A DNA stretch of 64,000 nucleotides from positions 1 through 64,000 of the IMG/VR virus record IMGVR_UViG_3300036791_000399. The stretch is one strand, 5' to 3'. The stretch is from a virus. The notes under the pieces are model-generated. The model saw nothing but the letters and a program-made list of their open reading frames with translations, was not told the origin of the DNA and did no database searches. This document shows positions 46,149-56,226 of this stretch, piece by piece (positions within the stretch are counted from its first letter, which is position 1; each line of letters starts with the position of its first letter). Made by a program: the position numbers and the translations under genes.

Positions 46149-49121
46149 ATGGCCGAAACCGACGCGGACGTCGGCATTGCGCCGCCTCCGGATCAGGCGG
46201 CGCCCGCTCCTGCTCCAGCCGCGCCCGACGCCGCCAACGCCCCCGCTGCAGGTTCGGAAGGGCGAACTGTCGTCGTCCATGCGCGTCCTCCGCCGAAGCC
46301 GCCGCCAGCGCCGATCAAGCCGCACGAGACGGCGCCCGTCTCCGTCCAGCCTGCGGTTGTTGCGCCATCCGCGCCGGGACAGGAGCCGCCGCCCGCGGCT
46401 CCAAAGGGAGAGTCCGACAAAGACGTTGGCATCGAACCCTATCCAGGTTTGGCGACCGACATCGGCAAGGGCGCCTGGGGCGGCTTAGCGGAGGGGACAG
46501 AGGGGCTCCTCGGACTGCCCCATGACATTCCCAAGCTCGCTGACTACGGCCTTGCCTGGGCCGGAGCGCACGTCAATCAAGCGCTCGGGGGCGAGGACGC
46601 CCAAGAGGCTCTTCAGCGCACCCATGGCTCGCTCTTACGCGGAGCTTTGGGTGACAATGTCGTCAATGCGGCGAAGGCGTTTTTGCCCGATGCAATGCAG
46701 CATGGCGCGGCCGATTGGCAGCGCGCGTTCCAAAAGATCGGAATCGATCCTGGCTATAAGCCTCAGTCCGCGCTCGGGCGGTACGCGCACGAGATCGCCG
46801 CTTTCGCTCCTGGCGCGGTGATCCCCTTCGGCGAGGCTGGCATGGCCACACGGCTTGCCCAGACTGTCGCGCCCGCGATCGGCTCCGAGACGCTCGGAAA
46901 CTTGGCCAAAGGCACTGCCTGGGAGCCCTGGGCGCGGTTGGCCGGGGCAGGCCTCGGCGGCATAACGCACACCGGGATCGCGAGCTATACAGCGCCGATG
47001 CGGGCAAGCGGTCAGGCAGATCTTGCCTCGCAAGACTTGCGAGCCGCCACTGATAATCCCGACGCGGCGTTGGCCAAGCTTCGCGCCGCCCAGGCGCAAC
47101 GACAGCCGGGAATGGCGACGGGGGAGAACGTCCCAGGATCCCAGCCGACGACGGCGCAGATCACTGGCGATTACGGGCAGGTCGCGGCGGAGCGCGCCTA
47201 TCAATCCGGAGAGGGTCAAGCTGCGCATGGCCAGCGGATGGCTGAGCAGAGCGCGGCGCAGACCAAGGCGGCGCGTGGCGTGCAGCCGACGGGCGAACCG
47301 CAAACCGTCGCCGACATGATCACCAAGCGGCTGCAGGACATCGACGCGCAGCATGAACTCAATGTGGGCGTGCGGCAGCAGGCTCACGCATCCACCTTGC
47401 AAAACATGGAGCAGCAGGCGCGCTCCGCCGCCGGTCAGGTCGCGCGAAAGGGCGAGCCGGAAGCCCTGGGCGAGGCTGCACGCAAGCCGCTCGCCGAATC
47501 GATGGCTCGGGCGAAGGAACAAGAAAAGCGGCTGTGGGACGCGATCGACGCGAAGAAGATCGGCGTCTGGACGAATCAGGTCGGCGCTCGCGCACGCAAC
47601 ATCGCGAAGAACATTGGGCTGCAAAAGCCGCCGAGCGGCGAGGAAAAAGCGATCCTCGACACCGCCGGCAATCTGCCGCGCTGGACGAAGCTCTCGGATC
47701 TCACCGACCTCACTTCGCGCTTGAAAGCCGAGATGCGCAACGAGCGCTTCACCAACGGCAACACCCCGGCGCTGAGGCGCATGACGGAGCTTCTCAAGAC
47801 CTCAGAGAACGTGATCAAAGCCGCCGCCACCCGGCAGAGCGCCGCCGAGGCGAAGGCGGAAATGGAAGGCCTGCGCCGGATGACCCCGGAGGACCGGACC
47901 AACATCATGAAGGCCAGGGCGGCGACGAAGGCGCGCGGCGACATCGAGCGCGGGCCAGCCGGGGCAATCGTACGACAGGGTGCGACCTCCGGCACCTACC
48001 GGACGCTCGCCTCCCAGGTTCCCGGCAAGATCTTCGCTGCCGGTCCAACCGGCTATCAGAAACTCAAGGCTTACACCGAGGCGCTCGGTAAGCCGCACAT
48101 GGACCCCGTGCATGACATCGTCGCCGACTCGCTGTCTCGCGAAGCGACTACTGATGGGATGGTCGACGCTGCCAAGCTGAATCGCTGGCAGGCCAAATAC
48201 AGCGACGCGCTGCGCGCCTTGCCCGACGAGATCCGCCAGAAGTTTGTCCGAGGGCCGGGAGAGGCTGGCGAAGCCCTGGCAGAAGGCGCCGCGGCGCGGC
48301 GCGAGGCGCTAATCGCCCACAGCAAGCTCGACATCGCGAAGGAGATGGGCAAGCAGGCGCCGGAGGCGGAGGCGATACGTTCTAACCCGGCGCTCAAGGC
48401 CTTCGAAGGCGTCGACAATCCGCGAGATGTACAGAGCAAGGTCGGCGGCATCATGTCGCGACCGGACGCTGTCACCCGACTGGGAGAGCTACGCAAGCAT
48501 CTTGCTGGCACGCCAGCCGCTGACGGATTGAAGCGCGCCGCGCTCGATCATGTCTTGGAGAAAACGCTCAGCACGGCCGAAGCCGGGACGACCGGCGAAA
48601 AGATGCTGCAACCCGGCAACTTCCAGAAGTTCGTCGCCAAGAACCGGGCGGCGCTGAAGGCGGCTGGGCTCAGCGATCAGCAACTCGGCGTTCTGGACAA
48701 GATCTCAGGCGATTTAGAGCGCCAGCAACGCTTCAATGCCACTAAGGTCAGGACAGGGTCTGACACCGGGCAGAATATCTCTAAGACGCTCAAGCAGATT
48801 GCTAAAGGCGTTCATGAGGGTTCGGGTTTGTTGCCGATGGTTCTCGCGGGCAAGGAAATATACGAGCGCCTTCCAGAATCCCTTCATGGCGTGGCGGGTA
48901 TTACGGCGGCGGCCGCCGGGTACGGCGCTCACAAGGTTCTCAGCGCCACGCGCCATAGGGGGCTCGCCAAAGCTCAAGACCTCTATCATGAGGCTGTGAT
49001 GCACCCGGACGTGGCGGCTGACTTGCTAGGCCGGTCGACCCCAGGGAGGCTGGCGCGGCTCCGGCGCCACGCCATGTACGCCGGCCTCGCAGCCGAGCGC
49101 ACCGCCGCGCTGCGGCATTAG
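46149..49121 (+). CDS. Large ejection or internal virion protein
   Basis: 990 aa, Ala-rich helical; last gene of the structural operon. Confidence 0.7.
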   Translation: MAETDADVGIAPPPDQAAPAPAPAAPDAANAPAAGSEGRTVVVHARPPPKPPPAPIKPHETAPVSVQPAVVAPSAPGQEPPPAAPKGESDKDVGIEPYPGLATDIGKGAWGGLAEGTEGLLGLPHDIPKLADYGLAWAGAHVNQALGGEDAQEALQRTHGSLLRGALGDNVVNAAKAFLPDAMQHGAADWQRAFQKIGIDPGYKPQSALGRYAHEIAAFAPGAVIPFGEAGMATRLAQTVAPAIGSETLGNLAKGTAWEPWARLAGAGLGGITHTGIASYTAPMRASGQADLASQDLRAATDNPDAALAKLRAAQAQRQPGMATGENVPGSQPTTAQITGDYGQVAAERAYQSGEGQAAHGQRMAEQSAAQTKAARGVQPTGEPQTVADMITKRLQDIDAQHELNVGVRQQAHASTLQNMEQQARSAAGQVARKGEPEALGEAARKPLAESMARAKEQEKRLWDAIDAKKIGVWTNQVGARARNIAKNIGLQKPPSGEEKAILDTAGNLPRWTKLSDLTDLTSRLKAEMRNERFTNGNTPALRRMTELLKTSENVIKAAATRQSAAEAKAEMEGLRRMTPEDRTNIMKARAATKARGDIERGPAGAIVRQGATSGTYRTLASQVPGKIFAAGPTGYQKLKAYTEALGKPHMDPVHDIVADSLSREATTDGMVDAAKLNRWQAKYSDALRALPDEIRQKFVRGPGEAGEALAEGAAARREALIAHSKLDIAKEMGKQAPEAEAIRSNPALKAFEGVDNPRDVQSKVGGIMSRPDAVTRLGELRKHLAGTPAADGLKRAALDHVLEKTLSTAEAGTTGEKMLQPGNFQKFVAKNRAALKAAGLSDQQLGVLDKISGDLERQQRFNATKVRTGSDTGQNISKTLKQIAKGVHEGSGLLPMVLAGKEIYERLPESLHGVAGITAAAAGYGAHKVLSATRHRGLAKAQDLYHEAVMHPDVAADLLGRSTPGRLARLRRHAMYAGLAAERTAALRH

Positions 49122-49354
49122 GCTTTGGCGATCGGCGCTGGCGGCAGAACCTCGACGTCGATCGGCCGACCCTTCTCGTCCCAGGCGTGCCACCAGCGGG
49201 CTATTTGCCGACGCTTCCAGCCCACGATGACGGTTATTACGATGAACCACTCTATGGCGTCGTGCCAACCCCAGTCGGAGCCAGACTGCGCTACTATCGT
49301 GGTCGCCACGAGTTGAAGAATGAGGTACGGGCCCCAATTTTTGATCTGCAGCAT
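49118..49354 (-). CDS. Small membrane protein convergent on the last ejection gene (possible superinfection exclusion)
   Basis: Two hydrophobic segments; position comparable to exclusion genes in P22-like phages. Confidence 0.5.
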   Translation of the reverse strand: MLQIKNWGPYLILQLVATTIVAQSGSDWGWHDAIEWFIVITVIVGWKRRQIARWWHAWDEKGRPIDVEVLPPAPIAKA

Positions 49355-49734
49355 CAGGTTCGCTCCTCTTGTTGTCTTGCCAGAAGTAAGGCGCGCTGGG
49401 CGACGCGCTGATCCCGCAGCTTGGTGAAATTCCTAATTGCCTTTTCGTATTGATTGATCTCCCAATCGAGTTGCTCAAGGACGGCATCTATTTCTTGGGC
49501 CGTAGGCGGGTCGATGCTTGCCCACTGAAACAGGGTTGGCGGCGGATTAAAAAGGCGAAGAACCTGTTTCGCCACCCGTTGCAGGCCAGCCGTTTCAAGT
49601 TCGACCGTTTCAAGCTCAGTCAGGCCTTCATCCTTAATGGCTCGGATGAGTCGTCCTTTCGTGAGCTTGCGGGACGATCCTTGCGTCAACCGTCGTCCAA
49701 CTGTGAGCATATGTTCGTAAAGGTTCGTTGCCAT
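49354..49734 (-). CDS. Hypothetical protein
   Basis: Coupled to 49118..49354. Confidence 0.6.
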   Translation of the reverse strand: MATNLYEHMLTVGRRLTQGSSRKLTKGRLIRAIKDEGLTELETVELETAGLQRVAKQVLRLFNPPPTLFQWASIDPPTAQEIDAVLEQLDWEINQYEKAIRNFTKLRDQRVAQRALLLARQQEERT

Positions 49735-50071
49735 GCGTTGCTCCGTAGGCTACCGTCTCACTGAGAGAGTAGCCCCCAAAGGAACGAAAGGCAACGCCTT
49801 GCAACACAGCGCAGAAAAGACAACCTTTGGCCGAGTGCAGGGCGCGGTTATCTCCGTGATACGCAGCCACGCGCACGATCCCGTGGCTGCGATTCCATTG
49901 TCGACGATTGTCTTAGAAATTTTTCAAACGCCGCGAGTGGAACAAACGCGATCTCAACAGCAAACAGTGCGTCGAGCGCTTCGAACATTGGAACAACGCG
50001 GCATCGTTCGGCTCAGCAAATATATCCACCACCGGGAGCGGTGCTGGGAATTGACCGGGAAGGTCAAATAA
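49733..50071 (+). CDS. Putative winged-helix DNA-binding protein
   Basis: TVRRALRTLEQRGIV; true start probably downstream of 49733. Confidence 0.5.
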   Translation: MRCSVGYRLTERVAPKGTKGNALQHSAEKTTFGRVQGAVISVIRSHAHDPVAAIPLSTIVLEIFQTPRVEQTRSQQQTVRRALRTLEQRGIVRLSKYIHHRERCWELTGKVK

Positions 50072-50482
50072 TTATGCGGCTACGCCATAGGTGCCGTCGC
50101 CATTGGCCTTGACCTTGGCGCGCTTCTCCAGCCGGTTCAGCGCTGAGCCGACGCTGCTCGCAGCGAACCCGCTGGCCTTGAGGAAGTCACGCAGTTCGGA
50201 TGGCGCCTTGGGGCCTCCCTCCAACGCCTCCAAGACGCGGCTGTAGATCGAGCCTGCGGGCGGCCACTCGCCGCCATTGTTCTTCCGCGCGCGGATGATC
50301 TTCTTGTGGATCTTGGGCGCCGCGGCTGGGCGCATCGGGGGTTCGCCGACCGGCTCCGCCTTTGTCTCCCGCAGCGCCTCCAGACCGATCTCGACATCGA
50401 AGTCTCCCGAGACATGCGTCATGGCGTGAACCAGTTCGCCCAAATTCTTGTCATCGACCATAGCGGTTACACGATACTTCAC
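50072..50482 (-). CDS. Protein with C-terminal winged helix
   Basis: VLEALEGGP..SVGSALNRLEKRAKV..DGTY. Confidence 0.65.
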   Translation of the reverse strand: MKYRVTAMVDDKNLGELVHAMTHVSGDFDVEIGLEALRETKAEPVGEPPMRPAAAPKIHKKIIRARKNNGGEWPPAGSIYSRVLEALEGGPKAPSELRDFLKASGFAASSVGSALNRLEKRAKVKANGDGTYGVAA

Positions 50483-50697
50483 TTGTCATTCTCCTTTGAC
50501 ACCAGTGTCTCTGCCCATTTAGCTGTGACCATCATCCCTTCCAAGAGGGACTTGGCGTTATTGAGATGCCGCACCGCATCTTTCGGCCGCCTCGCTTGCA
50601 TCGCTTCTTCGGCGTCGCTGACGAGTTCTTCGACCTCTCGGCGATGATCGTAAATGTCCGAGATGGCGCGAGCGTAATTCCTGCTTTGCTCGCTCAC
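50479..50697 (-). CDS. Hypothetical protein
   Basis: GTGA coupling at both ends; start set at GTG 50697. Confidence 0.55.
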   Translation of the reverse strand: MSEQSRNYARAISDIYDHRREVEELVSDAEEAMQARRPKDAVRHLNNAKSLLEGMMVTAKWAETLVSKENDK

Positions 50698-51857
50698 GTC
50701 GCCACCTTCTGCGCCGTCTCCCGCCATGCTCTCTCCATCGGTACAGAGACGTGCGCGATCTCGTCGCTGTTGAGAAAGTCCAGCCATTCAGTGAGGGCGC
50801 GATCGCCCTTCGCGGCCGCGGCGTCGCCATCCGCCTGGATCCGCTCCTGGATGGAGGGCTTGCGCGGGGCCCTGGGGGCTCGCTGGGCGGCCTTGGGCGG
50901 ATCCTCTATCACTGCTTCGGGCGCGAGCCTTTGCCCGTCCTGGACGAACCCCTGGCCGGTTACTGCGGCGTCTTGGATGGCTTCCTTGATCTCGCCAGTC
51001 TCAGGATCGAACCTGGAGATCGCCTTAAGCTTGTCCTCCAGCGTCTCAGGCTTCGGTCCTGGCTGCACCTCTTCAGGGAACAACTGATCGAGCGTGGCGT
51101 CGCCGCTCTTCAGCGAGGAGCGCATCCCGCCCAGGTCGACGAGGTGATCGAGGGTGATGTCGTCCAGGTGGTTGACGCTCAGCGATTTGAGGATCCGCTC
51201 AGTCGGCACGCCCATCTTGTTGAAGTAAGAGAAGGCGGCGTCGCGCCGCTCGACCAGGGTCTTCTGGTCACCGCGGATGACGGCCTCAACCGCCTCCTGG
51301 GCGCGGCGCCAGACGGTTTTCGGAATGGCGCCGAGGATGGCGTTCCTCCTGGCGACCGAGGTCGCGGCCGCGCCGGCCAATTGAATCATGTCCGGGTCGA
51401 CGCTCTTGCGCCCCCTCTTCAGTTCGATGCGGCGCCGCGCGCGGGCGACGTAGCCGACGTTGGTTTCGAGGTCATGGACGAGCGCCTCGGCCTCGACATA
51501 CCGCTCGACGCGGTCCTCGTGAGTGACGCGGGCGGCGCAGCGCACGTTCCCCCAGGCGCTGAGGACGATCTCGGCGAAGCGGATGCTCGGCCCTCGGATC
51601 TGCTTGCCGCCGCGGGGCACTGAATAGATGCACTCCTCTGCCATCTGCTCATCGAGCGTGGCGAGCCCGATCATCCGATCACGGGCCTTCGACGGTGAGC
51701 GCGGATAGGCGTGCGCGGTGGCGATCTGCTGATCGAACTCCGCTTTAGTCAGTTCTGTGGCCAAGCTCGCCGGCACCAGCGGGTTCTCGACCTCGGGCTC
51801 CGGCCCAGGACCGGTGAGAACGGGCGTCTCCTCGTTGGGGTAGCGTTGGTCACTCAT
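50694..51857 (-). CDS. Putative single-strand annealing (recombination) protein
   Basis: AYPRS..YSVPRGG..GPSIRFAE..WGN, RRNAIL, FDPETGEI; downstream of YqaJ nuclease. Confidence 0.7.
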   Translation of the reverse strand: MSDQRYPNEETPVLTGPGPEPEVENPLVPASLATELTKAEFDQQIATAHAYPRSPSKARDRMIGLATLDEQMAEECIYSVPRGGKQIRGPSIRFAEIVLSAWGNVRCAARVTHEDRVERYVEAEALVHDLETNVGYVARARRRIELKRGRKSVDPDMIQLAGAAATSVARRNAILGAIPKTVWRRAQEAVEAVIRGDQKTLVERRDAAFSYFNKMGVPTERILKSLSVNHLDDITLDHLVDLGGMRSSLKSGDATLDQLFPEEVQPGPKPETLEDKLKAISRFDPETGEIKEAIQDAAVTGQGFVQDGQRLAPEAVIEDPPKAAQRAPRAPRKPSIQERIQADGDAAAAKGDRALTEWLDFLNSDEIAHVSVPMERAWRETAQKVAT

Positions 51858-52014
51858 CGGCTTTGTTCCTTGCGTTGCGCTGAATTGAGATAGCGCTCCG
51901 GCTTCTTGATCCGCTTCACCAGCGGCAGGTTCCTGGCGATGTATTTCATCCATCGTCGTGGGCTCACATGGCCAGTCGGCTTCGCGGCTTTCTTCTGGTC
52001 GTCTTCGTCTTCAC

Positions 52015-52473
52015 TCATATGTCGGGTTCCTCTTTCCAGATCTGGACGCCGGGAAGCTCCCGCAACCCGAGCAAGATTCCAGTCTTAATCGCCTCGTCGA
52101 CCGCGCTGGCGCGGAAGTAAGGCTTGAGCCGGTGAAACGGCACCGCCTCATAGTTGGTGATCTTGTACACCCAGCGGGCGGGCTCCTCCTGGGGCTCCGC
52201 CACCGGGATGTCTGTATGCTTCCGATAGGCGGCAATGATGCGTCGTAGCCGCTTCGACAGCGGATCGAAAAACAGATTGTTCTGTGTCCCGCCGCGGCTC
52301 TTGCGCCATGCGTCGAGCAGCCTGACCAGAGCCACCTCGGCCGCCTCGACGATGTAGGCAGCGTGCTTCTTGGGCTCGCTGCGAGAAGCATTGGCGCGCT
52401 CGGCGACAAGCTCGATATCGGCGAGCAATTCACGGTGCTGCTCATAGAGTTTCGTCTGAAAGGCGACGTTCAT
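52015..52473 (-). CDS. Recombination-module hypothetical protein
   Basis: C-terminal W.YKITN..VP..RELPGVQIW pattern. Confidence 0.6.
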   Translation of the reverse strand: MNVAFQTKLYEQHRELLADIELVAERANASRSEPKKHAAYIVEAAEVALVRLLDAWRKSRGGTQNNLFFDPLSKRLRRIIAAYRKHTDIPVAEPQEEPARWVYKITNYEAVPFHRLKPYFRASAVDEAIKTGILLGLRELPGVQIWKEEPDI

Positions 52474-53431
52474 ATTTCTGGTGCTGGCTCACAGTAATTT
52501 TACGGAACGAATAGGCCTTTCGCATCGCTTCTTGAACTTTGATCGTTGGCGCTTTGACCAGCGTGCCGCCGTAGCGCGCCGCCCTGGAATTGCCCATTCG
52601 GGCGATGATCTGGGCGTCGATCACCTTGCGCAGCTTTTCCGCCTTGGTCCCGGCTTCCTCGGTTCGCTTGAACTCTTCGCGCTGCCACAAGAGATTGCCG
52701 AACTCAGGGTCGCCGACAATGTCGACGGTCGAGCCGTCCTCATCGCGGTACGTCTCCAGGATGGCGGCGGCGTCTTTGCCCCAGTCCACCGGGTAGGGCT
52801 CCTTGGCCGCAACCCGGCGCCAGAAATCCTTAGCCAGTTCGCGGAATGTCTGCGCCACCCCTGGCATGATCGGGACGTCAATGATTTCAGCGTCGAGGCC
52901 GGCGTCGCCGATGGTGATCGCTGCCACCGCGCCCCACTTTATGTCTTCCGCTCCCCAGTACGCGCCCACCATTGCCGCCTGGATGTTGACCTGGATCGCC
53001 ATCCAGACCGGCAATTCGGAGTCGCCTGTGTCCTCGTCCCGCCACCTGCGAAAGGTTGCTGGGCCGACTGACTTGACGTCGATCAGGCCATAACCTCGGA
53101 CGGGACATCGCGCCCAGAGATCCGGCGTCGTGCCAATGCGCTCCTCCGGATCGCAGTAGTAGTACGGATTAGGCGTGACCTCCCAGTCTGGCCGCTCCTC
53201 CGCGATGATGTCGGGCGCGATCTTCTCGATATACTGGCCTCGGCGCGCGAGCTTCGGGTCGATCGGTTTCGCCGGCAGGAGGCCGCTCTTCAACGCCCAT
53301 TGCTGATAGGCGCTCGTATAAGGATGAACCTCGGCGCCGAACAGACATGCCCCCACTGACGATGTCATGTGCTCCGCGCGCCAGCCTAGCCATTCTTCCC
53401 GATCGCCGAGGGAGCGGACTTCGACGGTCAT
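52442..53431 (-). CDS. YqaJ-like (lambda Exo-type) recombination nuclease
   Basis: REEWLGWR..TSS, RGQYIE, GTTPD, IDVKS, IQVNIQ. Confidence 0.85.
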   Translation of the reverse strand: MTVEVRSLGDREEWLGWRAEHMTSSVGACLFGAEVHPYTSAYQQWALKSGLLPAKPIDPKLARRGQYIEKIAPDIIAEERPDWEVTPNPYYYCDPEERIGTTPDLWARCPVRGYGLIDVKSVGPATFRRWRDEDTGDSELPVWMAIQVNIQAAMVGAYWGAEDIKWGAVAAITIGDAGLDAEIIDVPIMPGVAQTFRELAKDFWRRVAAKEPYPVDWGKDAAAILETYRDEDGSTVDIVGDPEFGNLLWQREEFKRTEEAGTKAEKLRKVIDAQIIARMGNSRAARYGGTLVKAPTIKVQEAMRKAYSFRKITVSQHQKYERRLSDETL

Positions 53432-53641
53432 GCCAGATGCTCAAGCCGACCGAGTTTCTCGGCGATCTGCGTGTGGCCCTGTTGCTCCAGGACATAGGCG
53501 ACCATCTCCAGGAACCGCTCGACGCCGAGACGGTCGATGATCGTAGCGATCAGTTCTTCCCAGTGCTTGTTGTCGTATTCCAACATTTCCACCCCTCCCT
53601 GAGATAAGCGAGAGGGGGCGAACCCCTCCCGCTGTGATCAA

Positions 53642-53854
53642 TCAATCGTCGAGCGGCCTAAGACCCTCTGCCTTATCGACAAGCAATACCTGCGCCCTGG
53701 TCGGAGTGCAGACGCAGCAGGCAAGGCGCGCCTCGCCGAGGGCGACTGCGTGCTCGTTCCGAAAGGCGGCGAGCTTTTCCTTCTTGGTCAGTTTCTTGAC
53801 CTTGGGCTTCTCGATCACTTCGCCGCCAGGACTGGTGGTGTGTTCGTCGAACAT
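53642..53854 (-). CDS. Hypothetical protein
   Basis: RBS AAGGAGG. Confidence 0.55.
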   Translation of the reverse strand: MFDEHTTSPGGEVIEKPKVKKLTKKEKLAAFRNEHAVALGEARLACCVCTPTRAQVLLVDKAEGLRPLDD

Positions 53855-53930
53855 CCGTACCTCCTTCTCCGAAGACGCAATAAAGTGCGTCGGACATAGG
53901 CGACTTAATTGCGCCTATCGCCACCGCGCT

Positions 53931-54359
53931 TCATGGCTTCTTCACCCAAGCCTTGCCATTCCACATCAGCGAGCCCGGTGGCGGTACACAGGTCATCGTG
54001 CCCTCCTCGTAAGTGAAGCCGCCGATGCCGAGGTCCGCATCGCTCAGTCCGGTGTTCGGATCAGAATGGAAAATTCCCTTACAGGCTGGTGGTGGTTTTG
54101 CTGTCAGCGCCACGCCTATGACCAATACGATGGGAATGGCGGCAACGGTCAGGATGACGTTCCTGTGGCCCCGTACTTCTTCCCAAGGGATTAAGGTGGC
54201 GACGAACACAACGCCCCAAATGATGAGGCAAACGGTGCCGATGATCGGGTGGGCCATGAACCCGCCGATCACGATTATGACGCCGACGAAGTTGACGACC
54301 CAGCGAAACTCGCCCCCGGATATGCGGTCTAGGATCAGCAACAGAAGTAGGTCGTCCAT
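53931..54359 (-). CDS. Membrane protein
   Basis: Three hydrophobic segments then a Cys-containing C-terminal domain. Confidence 0.65.
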   Translation of the reverse strand: MDDLLLLLILDRISGGEFRWVVNFVGVIIVIGGFMAHPIIGTVCLIIWGVVFVATLIPWEEVRGHRNVILTVAAIPIVLVIGVALTAKPPPACKGIFHSDPNTGLSDADLGIGGFTYEEGTMTCVPPPGSLMWNGKAWVKKP

Positions 54360-54497
54360 ACTCTCTCCATTCCGTAGGGCGGAGACAGCGAGCGCCGCCG
54401 CCTCCGCCCCACTTGATCAGGCCGCTCACGACGTCGACGTCCGGATTCGCAAACGCCATCTCCCGGTCGCGGCCCGATTCATTTCCCTATATAAGGC

Positions 54498-54560
54498 TGT
54501 AGCAGCTTCCGCGACAACCGGCAAGGCCGCCGTTGACGTTGCGCAGCGGAATGTGAGACA
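54498..54560. promoter_or_regulatory. Divergent promoter region with two operator-like sites
   Basis: TGTAGC-N7-GCGACA (54498-54516); TTGACG (54533-54538) then degenerate CGCAGC-N7-GAGACA (54542-54560). Confidence 0.55.
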
Positions 54561-54571
54561 AAGGTGACGCC

Positions 54572-54796
54572 ATGCGTTTGGATATCTATCTCGAAAAGAG
54601 CAACACGCCGGTCAAGACGTTCGCCGGGATGATCGGCGTCCACCGGACCAGTGTTTATCGATTTATGAAGGGCTTAGCCTTCCCCCGACCACAGACGATC
54701 GAGCACATTACCCAGGTGACCCAGGGCAAGGTCACCGCCAACGACTTCATCGCGATTAACCCTAGAGAGTCACGCTCCCTTTCCGCTGTCGGCTAA
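54572..54796 (+). CDS. Cro-like HTH regulator
   Basis: MRLDIYL..FAGMIGVHRTSVYRFMKG..P..TQGKVTANDF. Confidence 0.85.
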   Translation: MRLDIYLEKSNTPVKTFAGMIGVHRTSVYRFMKGLAFPRPQTIEHITQVTQGKVTANDFIAINPRESRSLSAVG

Positions 54797-54801
54797 GTCG
54801 G

Positions 54802-55287
54802 ATGATCGTGCTTGGCATCGACATTGGCGTCAGTGGGGCTATTGCGGTCCTCTCCGACGGCGCCATCGTCCAAGTCCACGATATGCCGATCCTGCGCGAC
54901 GGGCCCAAAAACCGGGCGAGCGTCAACGCGCCGCTCCTGGCCGAAATCATCGCCACAAGCCACGCGCAGACAGTGTTCATAGAGTGGGTTGGCGTCCGTC
55001 CTGGGGAGGGCGCTGTCGGGGCATTCGCCTTCGGGCGGGCGCGCGGCGTTTGTGAAGGCGTTTGTGCGGGGCTCGCGATCCCGGTGGTGTTCATCACCAG
55101 CCCGCAGTGGAAGCGCGTTCACGGCATCGCCCCCGGCAAGAACGGCGCGAAAGACGCGGCGCGCTCTAAGGCGATTGCGCGCTGGCCCGGTAGTGCGGAC
55201 CTGTTCAAACGAGCCAGAGATGACGGACGCGCGGAGTCATGTTTAATTGCCACCGCAGGCATGTTAATAAGCGAGAATACTCGATGA
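54802..55287 (+). CDS. RuvC-like Holliday junction resolvase
   Basis: LGIDIGVSGAIA, VFIE, AFAFG, PQWK, DGRAESCLIA. Confidence 0.85.
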   Translation: MIVLGIDIGVSGAIAVLSDGAIVQVHDMPILRDGPKNRASVNAPLLAEIIATSHAQTVFIEWVGVRPGEGAVGAFAFGRARGVCEGVCAGLAIPVVFITSPQWKRVHGIAPGKNGAKDAARSKAIARWPGSADLFKRARDDGRAESCLIATAGMLISENTR

Positions 55288-55901
55288 GCGCGCTCGTTGA
55301 CCTGACTGGACGGCGATTTTATAAATGGACGGTTCTCAATCGCCACGATGCGAAGTGTGGCCAAGCACTTCTCTGGGTATGCGTGTGTGATTGCGGCGTA
55401 AAGCGCCCAGTTCTTGGCAATTCATTACGGCGCGGCAAATCGACAAATTGTGGCTGCATACAGTACGCACAGCTTTCTATACGTCAAAGAAAGCATGGGT
55501 ACTGCGAGCGAGGCCATAACAGTCGCGCGTATACACTTTGGCGGCACATCAATCAGCGTTGCTATAATCCCCGTTGCAAGGACTATCCATACTACGGCGG
55601 GCGGGGGATCGCGGTTTGCGATCGATGGCGCTCCTTTGAATCTTTTTATGCTGATGTCGGCGATCCGCCGCCAGATCTAACTTTAGACCGCGAAGATAAC
55701 GATGGCGATTATGAGCCAGGAAATTGGCGCTGGGCGACCCGGTATCAACAGGCCCACAACAGACGGAAGCCTAAGAAGACTGGGCCAATGCCATCTGAAA
55801 CTCGCGCTAAACTTTCAGCGGCTCTCAAGGGCCGGATACGTTCGCCGGAGCATTGCGCGAACATAAGCGCGGCCAAGAGACAAGCAGGCAGTCGGGCATG
55901 A
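55284..55901 (+). CDS. HNH-type homing endonuclease with NUMOD3-like tail
   Basis: DLTGRRF, CVCDCG, YGGRGIAVC, LDREDNDGDYEPGN, SETRAKLS..SPEHCANIS. Confidence 0.85.
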   Translation: MSALVDLTGRRFYKWTVLNRHDAKCGQALLWVCVCDCGVKRPVLGNSLRRGKSTNCGCIQYAQLSIRQRKHGYCERGHNSRAYTLWRHINQRCYNPRCKDYPYYGGRGIAVCDRWRSFESFYADVGDPPPDLTLDREDNDGDYEPGNWRWATRYQQAHNRRKPKKTGPMPSETRAKLSAALKGRIRSPEHCANISAAKRQAGSRA

Positions 55902-56209
55902 CCACGACAGCATTCGAGACGATGATCGGCGAAGCCGTCCTGGCCCATGTCAGGGACGCTGTCCTAAAAGTAATTGTGGACAAGCGCGCCTTCGCGGAGT
56001 CCTCGGCGGCGGTCGGGGGGACTCCGCTTAACGGCGAAGAGCTAAGTGAGCTTCGGGCGCTGGGCGCCGCAGCCGATTGCATCCAGTTCGCCTTGAGCGC
56101 GGGCCAGGACGCCAAGACCAAAGGCAAGTCCGCCCCCGAATGGGTTGTTCGCATGGCGGCGCAGGCGCGCTGCGCTCTTATTGAGGAAACCGCCCAGGAC
56201 GAAGCTTGA
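55898..56209 (+). CDS. Hypothetical protein
   Basis: ATGA coupling with the HNH gene. Confidence 0.55.
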   Translation: MTTTAFETMIGEAVLAHVRDAVLKVIVDKRAFAESSAAVGGTPLNGEELSELRALGAAADCIQFALSAGQDAKTKGKSAPEWVVRMAAQARCALIEETAQDEA

Positions 56210-56226
56210 TTTGACGAAGGCTGGAG

